Notes under the pieces: generated by a model
Seen by the model: only the letters and a program-made list of their open reading frames with translations
Told to the model about the DNA's origin: nothing
Databases searched by the model: none
Assembly: GCF_001194135.2 (NCBI RefSeq)
Contig: NC_068994.1
Span: 60,063,996 to 60,127,928 of the forward strand
Length of the DNA stretch: 63,933 nucleotides
From: Octopus bimaculoides
Lineage: Eukaryota
Direction: 5' to 3'
Program-made: the position numbers and the translations under genes
Shown: in pieces, positions 26,894-39,260 of the stretch
Position numbering within the stretch: the stretch's first letter is position 1
Layout of the letters: every line of letters starts with the position of its first letter

Positions 26894-27215
26894 GGTGCAG
26901 GCATGTCTGTGTGGTTAAGAAGTTTGCTTTGCAACCTTGTGATTCTGGGTTCAAGTCCCACTGCATGGCCCCTTGAGCAAGTGTTTACTATAATAGTCCT
27001 GAGCCAATCAGTACCTTGTGATGAATTTCATATACAGAAGATGAGTGGAAGCCCATCATGTGTATGTGTGTGTTACCCCCACTGCTTGACAACCAATGTT
27101 GGTTTGTTTATGTTCCTGTAACTCGACGAAAGAAACCAATAGACTACCAGACTTTAAAAAGTTAGTACTGGTGTCCCAATATGGCTGCAGTGCAATGAGT
27201 GGAATAAGATGAAAA
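26894..27215 (+). mobile_element. tRNA-derived SINE
   Basis: A-box-like gtgtggttaag, B-box ggttcaagtcc, followed by a ccttgagcaagtg core. Confidence 0.8.
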
Positions 27216-28569
27216 AAAATATGTATACTGTGAAAACAAAAGCATAAATTAGTAGCCAGTAACAGTCAGTTTAACATTTCTACAGCCTCTAACCGTTACA
27301 TCAGTCATTCAGAGTCTATATATGAATCTACTCTGTTTAATATTCTTTAACTTAAATTCTCATGAACCAATGGTACAGTTTCCAAAGAATTTAGCAATTT
27401 AGAAATATTGGATGTCCATGATATGTCTACTTTGTAGCCTTACACTTTAAAAATAATTCTGCAGTGGTAAAAATTTATCTTTTTAACACTTATCGCTTGA
27501 TGTAAATTCTAATCCATATCTAGTGTAACCTCATGTAAGCAACATTCACAGCAAAAGAGAAAATTGCAAGCAGGTTTTAGACTTAACAATGAAAAAAGTT
27601 CAAATTCCTCTTATTTTAAACTGTTTCATAAAAAAAGACAAAAAAAAAAATCAAGAATATGCAGAAATAAGCCTATATAATGAGAAATAAAGAACATTGG
27701 ACAAGTTTTGGTGTTTTGTATTTTTGTTTTACAGGCAGATATATGAAGCATCAATCACACCAGTGTACTCAACTGAATATAAAAGTAAAATTACACAAAC
27801 AAGATAAATATTTGTTTAGTTAATTACAACAGTTATTTAGCAATGTACTTTTAATCACCACTCCTATCTTAAGACACTGTAATAAAGTTTATAAAAAGAA
27901 GACAGAATCAAAACAGTCTATAATCACTACTGAAGACTCAAGTTAATTTGTTTCGTCTTGTTTTGACAGATATTTCCTTCCCGAATTAAATCCACAATTG
28001 ACATTTTAGAGAACAGAAATTACTTATTTACATAAACACTCACCAAAACTTAAGCTTCTATAAACAAGTAATTCTAAGTTTTAACTAGATTAAAAAGTAA
28101 ACAGTTTGCTTTCTCAAAAATATATATTCTTTTTTTTTTTTTTTGATAGAGTAAAAGAAACATTTTAAAAATAAATCTCAGAATCTTTGAAGAATTCAAG
28201 AAAATATGAACAGAAATCTTAGAAAATTTTAGTAGTTCAACACAATTCATGTTGGTACCAGTTGTAATCTGATAATTGAATTTATCAACATCAGATGAGT
28301 TAAATTGGTCTTAAGTTCACCATTGAAACTAATTGGTTAAATAAATGTCTTTTCAATAATCTTAAGCTAATCTTGTAATAACTTAGATTAAGATGGTGGG
28401 TAATGGTTCAATTTCAGGGATTACCAGTAAACCAACACTTGTTAAACTTTGGTTGTAATGGAAGGATATACTCTGTTGAACTTGCGTATTTCTAGCAAGA
28501 ACTATAATAATACTGTCTACATGCCAGTTGCCACCAAGTATAAAAAACAAAAATAAATTTTAAAAATAA

Positions 28570-28710
28570 TTTTGGGGGAGGGGGCTAATCGATTAGGTCA
28601 ATCCCAGTATGCAACTGGTATTTAATTTATCAACCCTGGAAGGATGAAAGGCAAAGTCGACCTCGGCAGAATTTGAACTCAGAACGTAAAGACAGACGAA
28701 ATGCCGCTTT
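28570..28710 (-). mobile_element. tRNA-derived SINE
   Basis: ggaaggatgaaaggcaaagtcgacctcggcagaatttgaactcagaacg, the reverse complement of the B-box-containing family core. Confidence 0.85.
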
Positions 28711-29825
28711 TTGCTAGCTTGATGCCTTGCATAAACTAAATAATGGAAGAATTTTCACAGAATTTTATTTCTCCAAGTAAATATGCTCAGAAAAGGCATT
28801 TTAAAAATGGGCTTTTCACCAAGCATATCATTTTTAAACTTCAACAGTGCAAAGCAACAACTTTATACATACATTAGATGTATAAACACATGAATATATA
28901 TTTCAATATTTTTAGGTTACGTTCATTCCAAAGTGTAATTAATCTCTATTAAGTAGCAAATGGAAAAAGCAACAAGCCCTCTTGAAGGAATATTATCTAC
29001 CAGCTTGAAACTGTTGACTGACTATAAATGTGTGGGAATTTAAAGTGAAACACAGATTGAGAAGAAAGCAGGTGGCAGCCAATTACCATGTAGTTTCAGC
29101 GAAATGAGGTTAAGAGCATAGCAAGTAAAAATTCATATTTACACACATTAGATGTGTGTGTCTGTGTGTGTGTGTGTAAATATACACATACACAAGCAGA
29201 AGTAAATATCCATACACATATATGAAGAAAGATATGAAGACAAACCCTTCCTTGAGTATTCAGCACCTAATCAACTTGCAGGAGAATCATGGTAAGACAG
29301 GGCATGGCATGGGCATTCTCAAATATTTACTCATAATTATGCCTTTGATAAAGTTCAATAAAAATATATTAAATACCAAAGGAGATAAATTCTTGACTTA
29401 TTAAAATTATCTTTCTTCAAGAGAGAACTAAAAAAAAAAGCCCTGTGGGAATTCAAAAACAACCACAAATAAGATGGTAAGAGAATCTCAAGAATGACAT
29501 ATTCTCCAAGCTTAGCAAAGTTATTAATGAAAAATGGGTCTTGTCATCCAGAGATAAAAGAAGAAATGTATCTACCTCAACAAGCATCATCAGCACAGCA
29601 GTTACCTACCTTGATTCCAGCAGAAAACAAGACTTAGACATATATAAAAACAGTGCTAAAACCTGTTTCTTCCCGCCCGAAAAAAATTTTGGTTCATGTG
29701 ACCAAACCGCCCGTAATCACCTATTCATATTTAAATGAGAATATCCGAGCAAATCTCGTTAGTACATTCGTGAAAACACTTGATTATTTGTGTAAACAGT
29801 TCTGATTGGAAATCTCCCGTATGAC

Positions 29826-30043
29826 ATGTACGCATGCTCAGTGACTTGCTTTAACTTCCGCAGACGCAAATACTGCTGTATATGCAGCCACTATAGAGGG
29901 AAGAATGTAGACGGCAAAGTTATTTCACTATATAAATATCCTGCAAACGTAGCTATTCGTCGTATTTGGCTTCAGAGATGGAGACTTGTGAGGAAAGAGT
30001 TTGTTTACACTGCAAATAGCCAAATGTGTTCCCAGCATTTCGT
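29826..30043 (+). CDS. THAP zinc-finger domain ORF, truncated by an assembly gap; probably transposon-borne
   Basis: YCCICSHYRGKNVDGKVISLYKYPANVAIRRIWLQRWRLVRKEFVYTANSQMCSQHF has the C-x2-C ... (F/Y)P ... W ... C-x2-HF THAP signature. The start codon is uncertain, with a possible acceptor cag| at 29863. Confidence 0.85.
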
Positions 30044-30646
30044 NNNNNNNNNNNNNNNNNNNNNNNNNNNNNNNNNNNNNNNNNNNNNNNNNNNNNNNNN
30101 NNNNNNNNNNNNNNNNNNNNNNNNNNNNNNNNNNNNNNNNNNNNNNNNNNNNNNNNNNNNNNNNNNNNNNNNNNNNNNNNNNNNNNNNNNNNNNNNNNNN
30201 NNNNNNNNNNNNNNNNNNNNNNNNNNNNNNNNNNNNNNNNNNNNNNNNNNNNNNNNNNNNNNNNNNNNNNNNNNNNNNNNNNNNNNNNNNNNNNNNNNNN
30301 NNNNNNNNNNNNNNNNNNNNNNNNNNNNNNNNNNNNNNNNNNNNNNNNNNNNNNNNNNNNNNNNNNNNNNNNNNNNNNNNNNNNNNNNNNNNNNNNNNNN
30401 NNNNNNNNNNNNNNNNNNNNNNNNNNNNNNNNNNNNNNNNNNNNNNNNNNNNNNNNNNNNNNNNNNNNNNNNNNNNNNNNNNNNNNNNNNNNNNNNNNNN
30501 NNNNNNNNNNNNNNNNNNNNNNNNNNNNNNNNNNNNNNNNNNNNNNNNNNNNNNNNNNNNNNNNNNNNNNNNNNNNNNNNNNNNNNNNNNNNNNNNNNNN
30601 NNNNNNNNNNNNNNNNNNNNNNNNNNNNNNNNNNNNNNNNNNNNNN

Positions 30647-30689
<43 letters not shown>

Positions 30690-30867
30690 TTGATTAAATA
30701 ATAAATTTACAGCATTGAATCTAATATTCCTCTAATTATTAGACTTTATAGTGTGACTGTCCCTACCTCTTCTCACCTCATCATGCTCATGGCCAAATCA
30801 GTGAATGGTTGCTGAAAACTATGCCCACGTAAAACCGTATTTAATTTACTTGCAGAATACTTCAGAC

Positions 30868-31041
30868 TTATCGTCCGATGAATTTACTTTGTTGACATTC
30901 TTCATCGACAGAATTTTTATACCTTTCAGTCAAGTCCGCCTTTCTTCCAGTAACATACTGTCCATATAATCTTAAATATTTCTTTAACTCAAGCACAGTA
31001 AGTCCTTCGATAGCTGAATCATCGAGCTGCTTTATATCCAT
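30868..31041 (-). pseudogene. SAP-domain ORF (57 aa, probably frameshifted) facing the THAP ORF
   Basis: MDIKQLDDSAIEGLTVLELKKYLRLYGQYVTGRKADLTER fits the SAP consensus LTVxELKxxL...G.K..L.ER. It is under 60 aa and so is absent from the ORF track. Confidence 0.75.
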
Positions 31042-31242
31042 GATAAGACGTAAAACAATAGCATGGATAGTCTGCGGAAGTTTAATTGTCTACATGGAGC
31101 GCCGCCTAGCCAAGGGAGATAACCTACTTATAGGAAAGCCCTAGTTTTGTACGACGATCGACGTGTTTTTTTTAATTTTGTGAGATTTTTTTCCAAATTT
31201 GTTCCTGTTGTGTTTTCAAATTTTGTAATCCTGACAAAAAAA

Positions 31243-32090
31243 ATGGATACGAATTTTATTCTGTCAAGCAGCGAGTCAGAATTCGAACGATTTTCCGTTG
31301 AAGACCTTGATAAATCTAACTCTGTAANNNNNNNNNNNNNNNNNNNNNNNNNNNNNNNNNNNNNNNNNNNNNNNNNNNNNNNNNNNNNNNNNNNNNNNNN
31401 NNNNNNNNNNNNNNNNNNNNNNNNNNNNNNNNNNNNNNNNNNNNNNNNNNNNNNNNNNNNNNNNNNNNNNNNNNNNNNNNNNNNNNNNNNNNNNNNNNNN
31501 NNNNNNNNNNNNNNNNNNNNNNNNNNNNNNNNNNNNNNNNNNNNNNNNNNNNNNNNNNNNNNNNNNNNNNNNNNNNNNNNNNNNNNNNNNNNNNNNNNNN
31601 NNNNNNNNNNNNNNNNNNNNNNNNNNNNNNNNNNNNNNNNNNNNNNNNNNNNNNNNNNNNNNNNNNNNNNNNNNNNNNNNNNNNNNNNNNNNNNNNNNNN
31701 NNNNNNNNNNNNNNNNNNNNNNNNNNNNNNNNNNNNNNNNNNNNNNNNNNNNNNNNNNNNNNNNNNNNNNNNNNNNNNNNNNNNNNNNNNNNNNNNNNNN
31801 NNNNNNNNNNNNNNNNNNNNNNNNNNNNNNNNNNNNNNNNNNNNNNNNNNNNNNNNNNNNNNNNNNNNNNNNNNNNNNNNNNNNNNNNNNNNNNNNNNNN
31901 NNNNNNNNNNNNNNNNNNNNNNNNNNNNNNNNNNNNNNNNNNNNNNNNNNNNNNNNNNNNNNNNNNNNNNNNNNNNNNNNNNNNNNNNNNNNNNNNNNNN
32001 NNNNNNNNNNNNNNNNNNNNNNNNNNNNNAAATACTGGGTACTGCTCTGGATTTTAATTTTATACTGGCAAAAGGGACAGTAATGTGCAC
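31243..32090 (+). mobile_element. piggyBac transposase relic spanning a gap
   Basis: Acidic N-terminus MDTNFILSSSESEFERFS before the gap. After it, NTGYCSGF*FYTGK matches the piggyBac TGY...F-IYTGK motif at roughly the expected distance. Confidence 0.6.
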
Positions 32091-32189
32091 AACTCTTCTA
32101 TAATAATATTTTGTTGTATACCCAATTGAATATTAGCTAATAACCCATTTTCTATAGCGATGTTTGAACAAAAATTTTAATAATTTTAT

Positions 32190-32415
32190 ATTTTGTTGAA
32201 TTTACCTGTAATTAGAGTCACTTTGTGACAAAAATTTTGGTATAGAATTGGTTGAGAACCTTTCGTTAAATTATCTTCCAAAAATCACATTAATATGTTG
32301 ATAAATAAAAAAGTTAGAGTTGTTTAATGAAACCAGACTAAATTTATGATTATGTTAGAAATTAATTGAAACACATAAGGGGTGTATTTTGGTTAGAAAT
32401 ATGGTAACGAAAGGG
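32190..32415. mobile_element. piggyBac-type MITE related to 22814-23035 (left end unclear)
   Basis: Ends agaaatatggtaacgaaaggg-TTAA, the exact reverse complement of the left end of the 22.8 kb MITE. Confidence 0.7.
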
Positions 32416-33161
32416 TTAATACAGAAGAAAAAAATTGAACCATCGCCTGCAGGACTGAGATATGTCTTCCTTCTGTAAGCCAAACCTGTGCCAACCACTA
32501 CACCAAAGCAACATCACAATCCTCAACTGCCTAAATTATTACATTGAAATTAAGTAGCCAGAATGACAGACTAGAGACCTGCCAATGGGGATCATAGGCT
32601 ACATCATATCAAAGATATGTGTGTGTGTGTGCATACACACACACACCCACACACTATTTCGGTTCAGTCCCACTGCAAAATGCCTTGGGAAAGTATCTTC
32701 CATCACAGACGCAGCCTGATCAAAGACTTGAGTGGATTTGGCAGATGGAAACTGAAAGAAACCCAGTGTGTGCGTGTGAGCCCACGCGCCTGTATGTTCG
32801 GGGTTCTTTGAGTGGACATCACATGACAGATGTAAATGGTTGTCATTCCTTTCCAGTATTCTGCAAAAATATGTCTATCCTGGGGAAATATTACTTTGCT
32901 TGGAGTTGGCAACAGGAAAGGGCATCTGGCTGCAGAAAATGTCTAACCATGCAAGCATGGAAAAGTGGATGTTGAACAAAAGCAATGATTTCCAGGGCCC
33001 AGGAAGGGAAATCTGACTCCATTTTTTTTTATTACAACTCACATATAAGAGCTCTGTAGTTTCTATAGGAAGTTATTCATAATGGGTCCCTGAAAGGGAC
33101 AAAAGCACTAAATAAGTAGTTTTTATCCAAATCCAGAGTACATTATATATATATTTATTAA

Positions 33162-33317
33162 TCCACTCTGCCAAATGGTTGGTGTTAGGAAGGGCATCCA
33201 GCCGTAAAAATCCTGCCAAAACAGTCACAGATGTCCAGTGCAGGCTTCGGCCTGGCGAGCTCCTGTCAAACCGTCCCACCCATGCCAGCAGGGAAGGCGG
33301 ACATTAAACGATGATGG
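33162..33317 (+). mobile_element. RTE-tail type SINE
   Basis: gttaggaagggcatccagcc...catgccagca...ggacattaaacgatgatg. Confidence 0.85.
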
Positions 33318-34274
33318 CACACACACAAACACAGACAAACTCCAAAACTAACATGGGCCAACAAATGGAGAAAAAAAAATTACCAACAAAAAGTAGATTA
33401 TATTACTGCAAGTCATTTGTATTGCTGACACAAGGGAGACATTTATAAACACAACTTTCAAAAATGAACATTAATTTAAAAAAAAGAAAATATTAAATTT
33501 CTAAAACAAAATAATTTAACAGATTTAATAAAACTATTTCAAATGAATACACATTAAAAAATAAAAACAAAATTTAAGAATGTTCTCTGAAATGGACTCT
33601 GAAAATGTTACCNNNNNNNNNNNNNNNNNNNNNNNNNNNNNNNNNNNNNNNNNNNNNNNNNNNNNNNNNNNNNNNNNNNNNNNNNNNNNNNNNNNNNNNN
33701 NNNNNNNNNNNNNNNNNNNNNNNNNNNNNNNNNNNNNNNNNNNNNNNNNNNNNNNNNNNNNNNNNNNNNNNNNNNNNNNNNNNNNNNNNNNNNNNNNNNN
33801 NNNNNNNNNNNNNNNNNNNNNNNNNNNNNNNNNNNNNNNNNNNNNNNNNNNNNNNNNNNNNNNNNNNNNNNNNNNNNNNNNNNNNNNNNNNNNNNNNNNN
33901 NNNNNNNNNNNNNNNNNNNNNNNNNNNNNNNNNNNNNNNGGGGGGGGGGGACGATGGGTGTTTATGTTCATATGTATTATTTAATTAGCAAAGCCTGGTT
34001 TTCTCTGGCCAAAGATTATAGACCAAACTGTGCAAACTAGAAAATGAGGGAAAAAAAGCTAATCGCAGAAGGACAAGTAATTTTTCACTGCAACAAAGTG
34101 AATGTGAGAGAGAGAGAAAGGGAGAGGAGACCAAGTAAAAATGCTACAGTTTCATGACATTCCACTATGAGCTCTCAACCTCAACACCATCCTTCTTCCA
34201 TACATATTCTAATATTGGTATTGTCCTTAATGATTGTTACTAAGTCGAAAATCCACAACTGTTGGATACTCTCC

Positions 34275-34310
<36 letters not shown>

Positions 34311-34311
<1 letters not shown>

Positions 34312-34450
34312 CATCATCATCATCGTTTAACGTCTGCTTTCCATGCTAGCATGGGTTGGACGATTTGACTGAGGACTGGTGAAACCGGATGGCAACACCA
34401 GGCTCCAATCTATTTTGGCAGAGTTTCTACAGCTGGATGCCTTTCCTATA
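34311..34450 (-). mobile_element. RTE-tail type SINE (young)
   Basis: catcatcgtttaacgtctgctttccatgctagcatgggttggacg is a near-exact reverse complement of 57340-57450. Confidence 0.9.
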
Positions 34451-36009
34451 TATGACCCGATTCACAGAAAATTGGCACAAAAGACACGCTTGTTTGACAT
34501 TGAGTCACTCACAGGTAACACATGATATCAGGGCATGGACACACACAAAAAATGGGCTTCTTTCAGTTTCTGACTACCATACCAACTCAAGGATTTAGTC
34601 CTTCAAAGGCTGTAGTAGAAGACGACACTTGCCCAAGGTGCCATGCAGTGGGATTGAACTAGAAACAACACAGCAAACTTCTCAACCACACAGCCATGCT
34701 TGTATGTGCAAACATACATTCACACGTTTGGACCCCAGTATATGTGAGCAGTGGGTCCCAATAAAAAACGATTTGGACAATGTGACCAATTCAACTCCTG
34801 CCAGCATCAGAAAATGGGCTTCATTCCATTTCTGTCAATTGAATCCACTCGCAAGGCTTTGGTCAACTTCTTGGGACTACAATGGAAGATACTAGCCTAA
34901 GGTAGCACACATCTATGTACATTTACACCCACACACACTGTCAAAAACGTGTGCATGTATTTGCATATATGCACACCACTAAATATCAAAGAAAGAAAAA
35001 TTTTAATACGCAATGATGCAGTTGATTCTATGAAATGCTTAGGTTTAAATTTTTTCAACTATTTCCGTGAGTTCCACGGCAGCTGAAAGAAGTGATAAAG
35101 CCATACTAGAGTGATGAAATTGTGGATTTATCAAAATCAACATAAAAGTATATAAAAGAGTGAACCATGTTCATTTGATGCTTACCTAGAAAATCTTTAG
35201 AGAAATCTGAAATAGCAAGAGAAAAACAGCAACTTACTAAACAACCCAAGTTGTATAAACATTGATATATAGATAAGGGTATATTATTTGTACAGGTATT
35301 TCATAAAATCATTTGTATACAAGAAAAATAATACATTTAACTACAATAATAAATTCTGCATTTGGTCCTACCCAAACACAATGTGGAAATAATAAGTGTT
35401 TGATTTCTGATTTTGACCTGCAAATTCCAAACTTGCTATTTTTAGCTAAAACCTCTAAAATTAGAACTAAGATAGGGTAAAGTTGATATTGTGCACTACT
35501 CCAAGATTGCAACGAGTCAGAAAGCATTCTTTGAGGCAGATTCTCTACAGCTAGATGCCGTCTGGTTTCCAACCCTCCACCTGTTTTGAAACAAGACGTA
35601 CTCCCAAAGATTGGAAACAAACAACACTGCTACTATGAAGGTGGTGATGCTGCTATCAAGACAAGGAGACACAAACACAAATAGATGTCATTCAGTTTCC
35701 ACCCACCAAGTCCACTCATAAGGCATTGGTTAGGGTTAGGGAAGCAAACTTTTTATGTAGACAACCATGTCTACACCTATATGACATACATATATAGCCA
35801 TACAGGTGCAGACATGACTATGTGGTACCTTGGACAAATGTCTTCTGCTCTTGACTAATTAAAGCCTTGAGAGTGGATTTGATAGGCGGAAACTGAAAGA
35901 AGCTGTCATATATGTGTGTGTGTGTGAATATATATATATATGTAGTCCTCAGTCAAATCGTCCAACCCGTGCTAGCATGGAAAGCGGACGTTAAACGATG
36001 ATGATGATG

Positions 36010-36295
36010 TATGTGTATGTATAAGTATATACATATATGTGTGTGTGTATGTATCAGTATATACATATATGTGTGTGTGTATATATATATATATAAGTAT
36101 ATACATACATGTATGTGTATATATAAGTATATACATATATGTGTGTGTGTATATATATATATAAGTATATACATATATGTATGTGTATATATAAGTATAT
36201 ACATATATGTATGTGTATATATAAGTATATACATATATGTATGTGTATATATAAGTATATACATATATGTGTGTATATATAAGTATACACATAAA
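36010..36295. repeat. Minisatellite of ~30-bp (TA/TG)-derived units
   Basis: Repeated gtatgtgtatatataagtatatacatatat. Confidence 0.9.
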
Positions 36296-36559
36296 TAATA
36301 ATATATCTCATCTCAGCATTTAGAATCTGCTTTCCATACTGATAGGGGTTGGACACTTTGATAGGAGCCAGTAAAGCTGGAGAGTTGCATCAAGTTCCAT
36401 TGTTGGTTTTGACAAGGTTTCTACAGCTGGATCTGCCCTTCCTAATGCCAACCACTTTACAAACTGTGGACTAGATGCTTTTTATGTGGTACCAGCGCAA
36501 GGTTGTTCTTTTTTTTTACACATACACACAGTTTATATATATATTAAATTAATAAAGTT

Positions 36560-37270
36560 AATGTCTTTTCAGAGTGACCAACTGTTTCACATCCACGAAG
36601 GCTGTAGCTTCGTGGACGACTCACCAAACTCTAGTCCAAAGACAAATTTAACTCTTTACTTCTGAGAGACAGAAATCTGTTCTGGTCAATTGATTGTCAA
36701 AGAATCAATATTCCAGCGTTAGTGAGGATATGTTATCTCCCCTAGACCAGCTAGAGAAGGTAACAAAAGATTTGATCATAAGGACTCATCCGGTCTTAGT
36801 CAGTGAAAGGGGAAATCCTATGCTTGCAGCAGGCAGTGCTTGAAATGGATGCATGGTGTGAAGGTTTCTCGGCATGTATTCAGTGAGCCAGGTTTTAAGA
36901 TGTTTATGTATACCCTAGTTCACTTGGCTACGCAAAGCTTGCAGCGTATTGCTCCTGTTGATGTACAATCTTGGCTTTTCTAAGATCTTCCATTTGATAT
37001 TGTATAGAGACCCTTCATCTTTGAGGAGCCACACATTGCTGGCCAGGGATGTGACACATCTCCTTTCCAGGACCCTGAAGGAGGACGTGTGGTTGTACAG
37101 GTGTCACTTGAACGCCATCCCAGCTGACCAGGTATGTCTGGTTTCTAGGCTTGGGTGTTGGCTGCATTCACATTACTAGTGTATCTTCAGTTGGCTCTGG
37201 ACCTGGGGATGCTGTTGTTGCCACCAGTGATGTTGGAGCTGCCATTAGTGCTGTGGTTGTTGTCCCCAGC
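36560..37270 (-). mobile_element. Penelope-like element 3' part: GIY-YIG endonuclease relic plus hammerhead
   Basis: Minus translation AFK*HLYNHTSSFR...TSLASNVWLLKDEG..YNIKWKILEK is typical of Penelope GIY-YIG domains. A hammerhead motif lies at the distal end. Confidence 0.8.
36571..36632 (-). ncRNA. Degenerate type I hammerhead motif
   Basis: Minus strand: AGAGT-TTGGTGA-GTCGTCCACGAAG ctacagc CTTCGTGGATGT-GAAAC-AGTTG-GTC-ACTCT. It has a perfect 9-bp stem II and 5-bp stem I, with two core mismatches. Confidence 0.65.
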
Positions 37271-37419
37271 CAGAGAGTTGGCACTATGTGGGTGCCGTCG
37301 TTGGTAATGTTGGGTGTAGGGCCAGTAGCCTCGCTGGTGCTGCTGGCGTTGGTAAGGTCAGCTTCTCTGGCCATAGTGCATTGGTACCCACAGCGCTAAC
37401 CTTACAGCCAGGAATGACC

Positions 37420-37860
37420 ACCACAATGATGACAACAACCACAGTGGTGCTGCCAGAGCCACACATCGTAATGATAACAGCACTGATGGCAGCCCCCAAC
37501 ATCACTGGTGGTGCCAACCAAAGATACACCAGTAAACACCCAAGCCTGGAAATATATCAGGTCAGCTGGGATGGTGTTCAAGCACTCCAGCCAGGACAGC
37601 ATTCAAGCCCACAGTCCTCCTTCAGGGTCCCAGAAAGACGATTCATCACATCCCTGGCCAGCCATGTGTGGCACCTCAAAGATGAAGGGACCCCATACAA
37701 TATGAAGTAGATCTTAGAAAAGCTGGAACCTTACATCAATGGGAGTGCACACTGCAAGCTAGAATACTCAAAAACTCCCTAAAGCCTGAGTCACTGAATA
37801 CTCACCAAGAAACCTTCTCAACATGCATCCCTTTCAAGCACTACCTGTTGCAAGCATATG
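37420..37860 (+). mobile_element. Second Penelope GIY-YIG relic, inverted relative to 36820-37270
   Basis: FRVPERRFITSLASHVWHLKDEGTPYNMK*ILEK. The nucleotide sequence aligns by eye with the reverse complement of the left copy. Confidence 0.8.
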
Positions 37861-38229
37861 GCTGTGTGGTTAAGAAGTTCCAGGAGAAAATAGTGAAGTA
37901 GGGATGAGTGTCAGTAATAATTGAGAAAGAGGGATACGGGCAGTGTTGGGAAAGGGTTTTGAAGTGTTGTGGGAAGAGGACAGTGAATAAAACAGAAGGA
38001 AAAGGTGGGAGTGGATGGGACAAGAACCTTCCAACCATTCCGCCACCCCTTGTTAGTGTACCCCAAGTCATCAGTTGTCATGGTTACTTGTGATTTCTAT
38101 CTGGACATCAGTCTTCCTCATACACATGTATCTGTATAGGTCATATCTGTGTGTGTGTGCATGCAATAAGATCAGTGTTGCCATGTTTGCATAGATGAAA
38201 AGGGTTTCCTCCACCTCTGTGAGCGTGTG

Positions 38230-39260
38230 TGTCTCTCTCTCTCCAGCACTTCATCCTACATCTTCCATCCACTCCAGTTGATCAGTACTTCTTTATCCAG
38301 CCATCTTCATCCATAAGCATCACACACTCGTGCCAACAAAATCTACTTCTCTCTTGTCCACAGCATCTCATCCCTTACATGCCCAGGGCTTTTTTCTCAT
38401 TCATGCACACTGACACTGCACATCCAACAGAGCACGTTCACTTCAGCTCATTGCAATCATAACCCATATTTCACTACAATGTTAAAATGGGTTGTTTGTA
38501 CACCGGCATCATACAATCTGCTTTTCACTCACTGACGGAAACCTCTTGTCACAGAGGTAGTAATGCTCCCTTTGTCCAGCCCATTCTACTTCCACACCAA
38601 GAACTTCTTCTCTAACCCTAACAGATTCAGCTATAAGAAGGGGGTCATCATCAGCACGGACATCTAATTTTAAACTTTTCTGTTCTGGCTTAGAGATCTA
38701 TGATGAAAAGAAAGAGATGGAGAACGCTAGTGAGCTCCTAGCCGCACACTAAATTCACAGCTGACTCTCCCACCTAGCTGACAGACAATATCTCTGCACA
38801 TGGCTTATAAGCTGTCACAAGCCATTTACCAGCTTGCTTCCTCACTGACCTTCAGATCACAGAGCGACATCAAAAGCCTTCTCGAGGTGGAGTACAGTGA
38901 TGTACTCTTAGTTAAGTACTTCTCTTGCAGGTGCCTCCTTCAGATGGCATCAGCAGTACTTCATCCTGGCACAAAACTCAATTGCACCTTGTCTCGGCTC
39001 TCTTCCTAATCAATTAAACTAGAACTCTTTGATACCCTTGTACTTACTCTCACTCTCTCGGGCAGCTCATTCATCTTTGTAACAGTTTGATGCAGCTATG
39101 CCAGTCACTGGATATGATGCCTTCCTGTTACAACCCGATTGACTATATGCATGACTAGTTTCTATCCTACAACACCAGATACTTTAAGCCTGTCAACAGT
39201 AATTCCTAGTGGACCAGGAGCTTTTTCTGACCATGCTACTGTCTACAAACGAGTGTATGT
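38230..39260 (-). mobile_element. Decayed RTE LINE (RT and 3' regions)
   Basis: Minus translation KAPGPLGIT, SFVPG*STADAI, LQEKYL and ADDD correspond to RTE reverse-transcriptase motifs. Confidence 0.75.

Noticed and set aside
30044-33949. Long ORFs (223-320 aa) in the track
   Set aside because: Length comes from N runs. Only the flanking THAP and piggyBac segments are supported.
34367-34386. CTGAGGA-CTGGT-GAAAC in the RTE-tail SINEs as a hammerhead
   Set aside because: Only 5 nt separate the core halves, so there is no stem II, and it lies antisense to the SINE.
37151-37710. Thr/Ala/Val-rich ORFs as mucin or membrane proteins
   Set aside because: They are low-complexity parts of the inverted Penelope relics.
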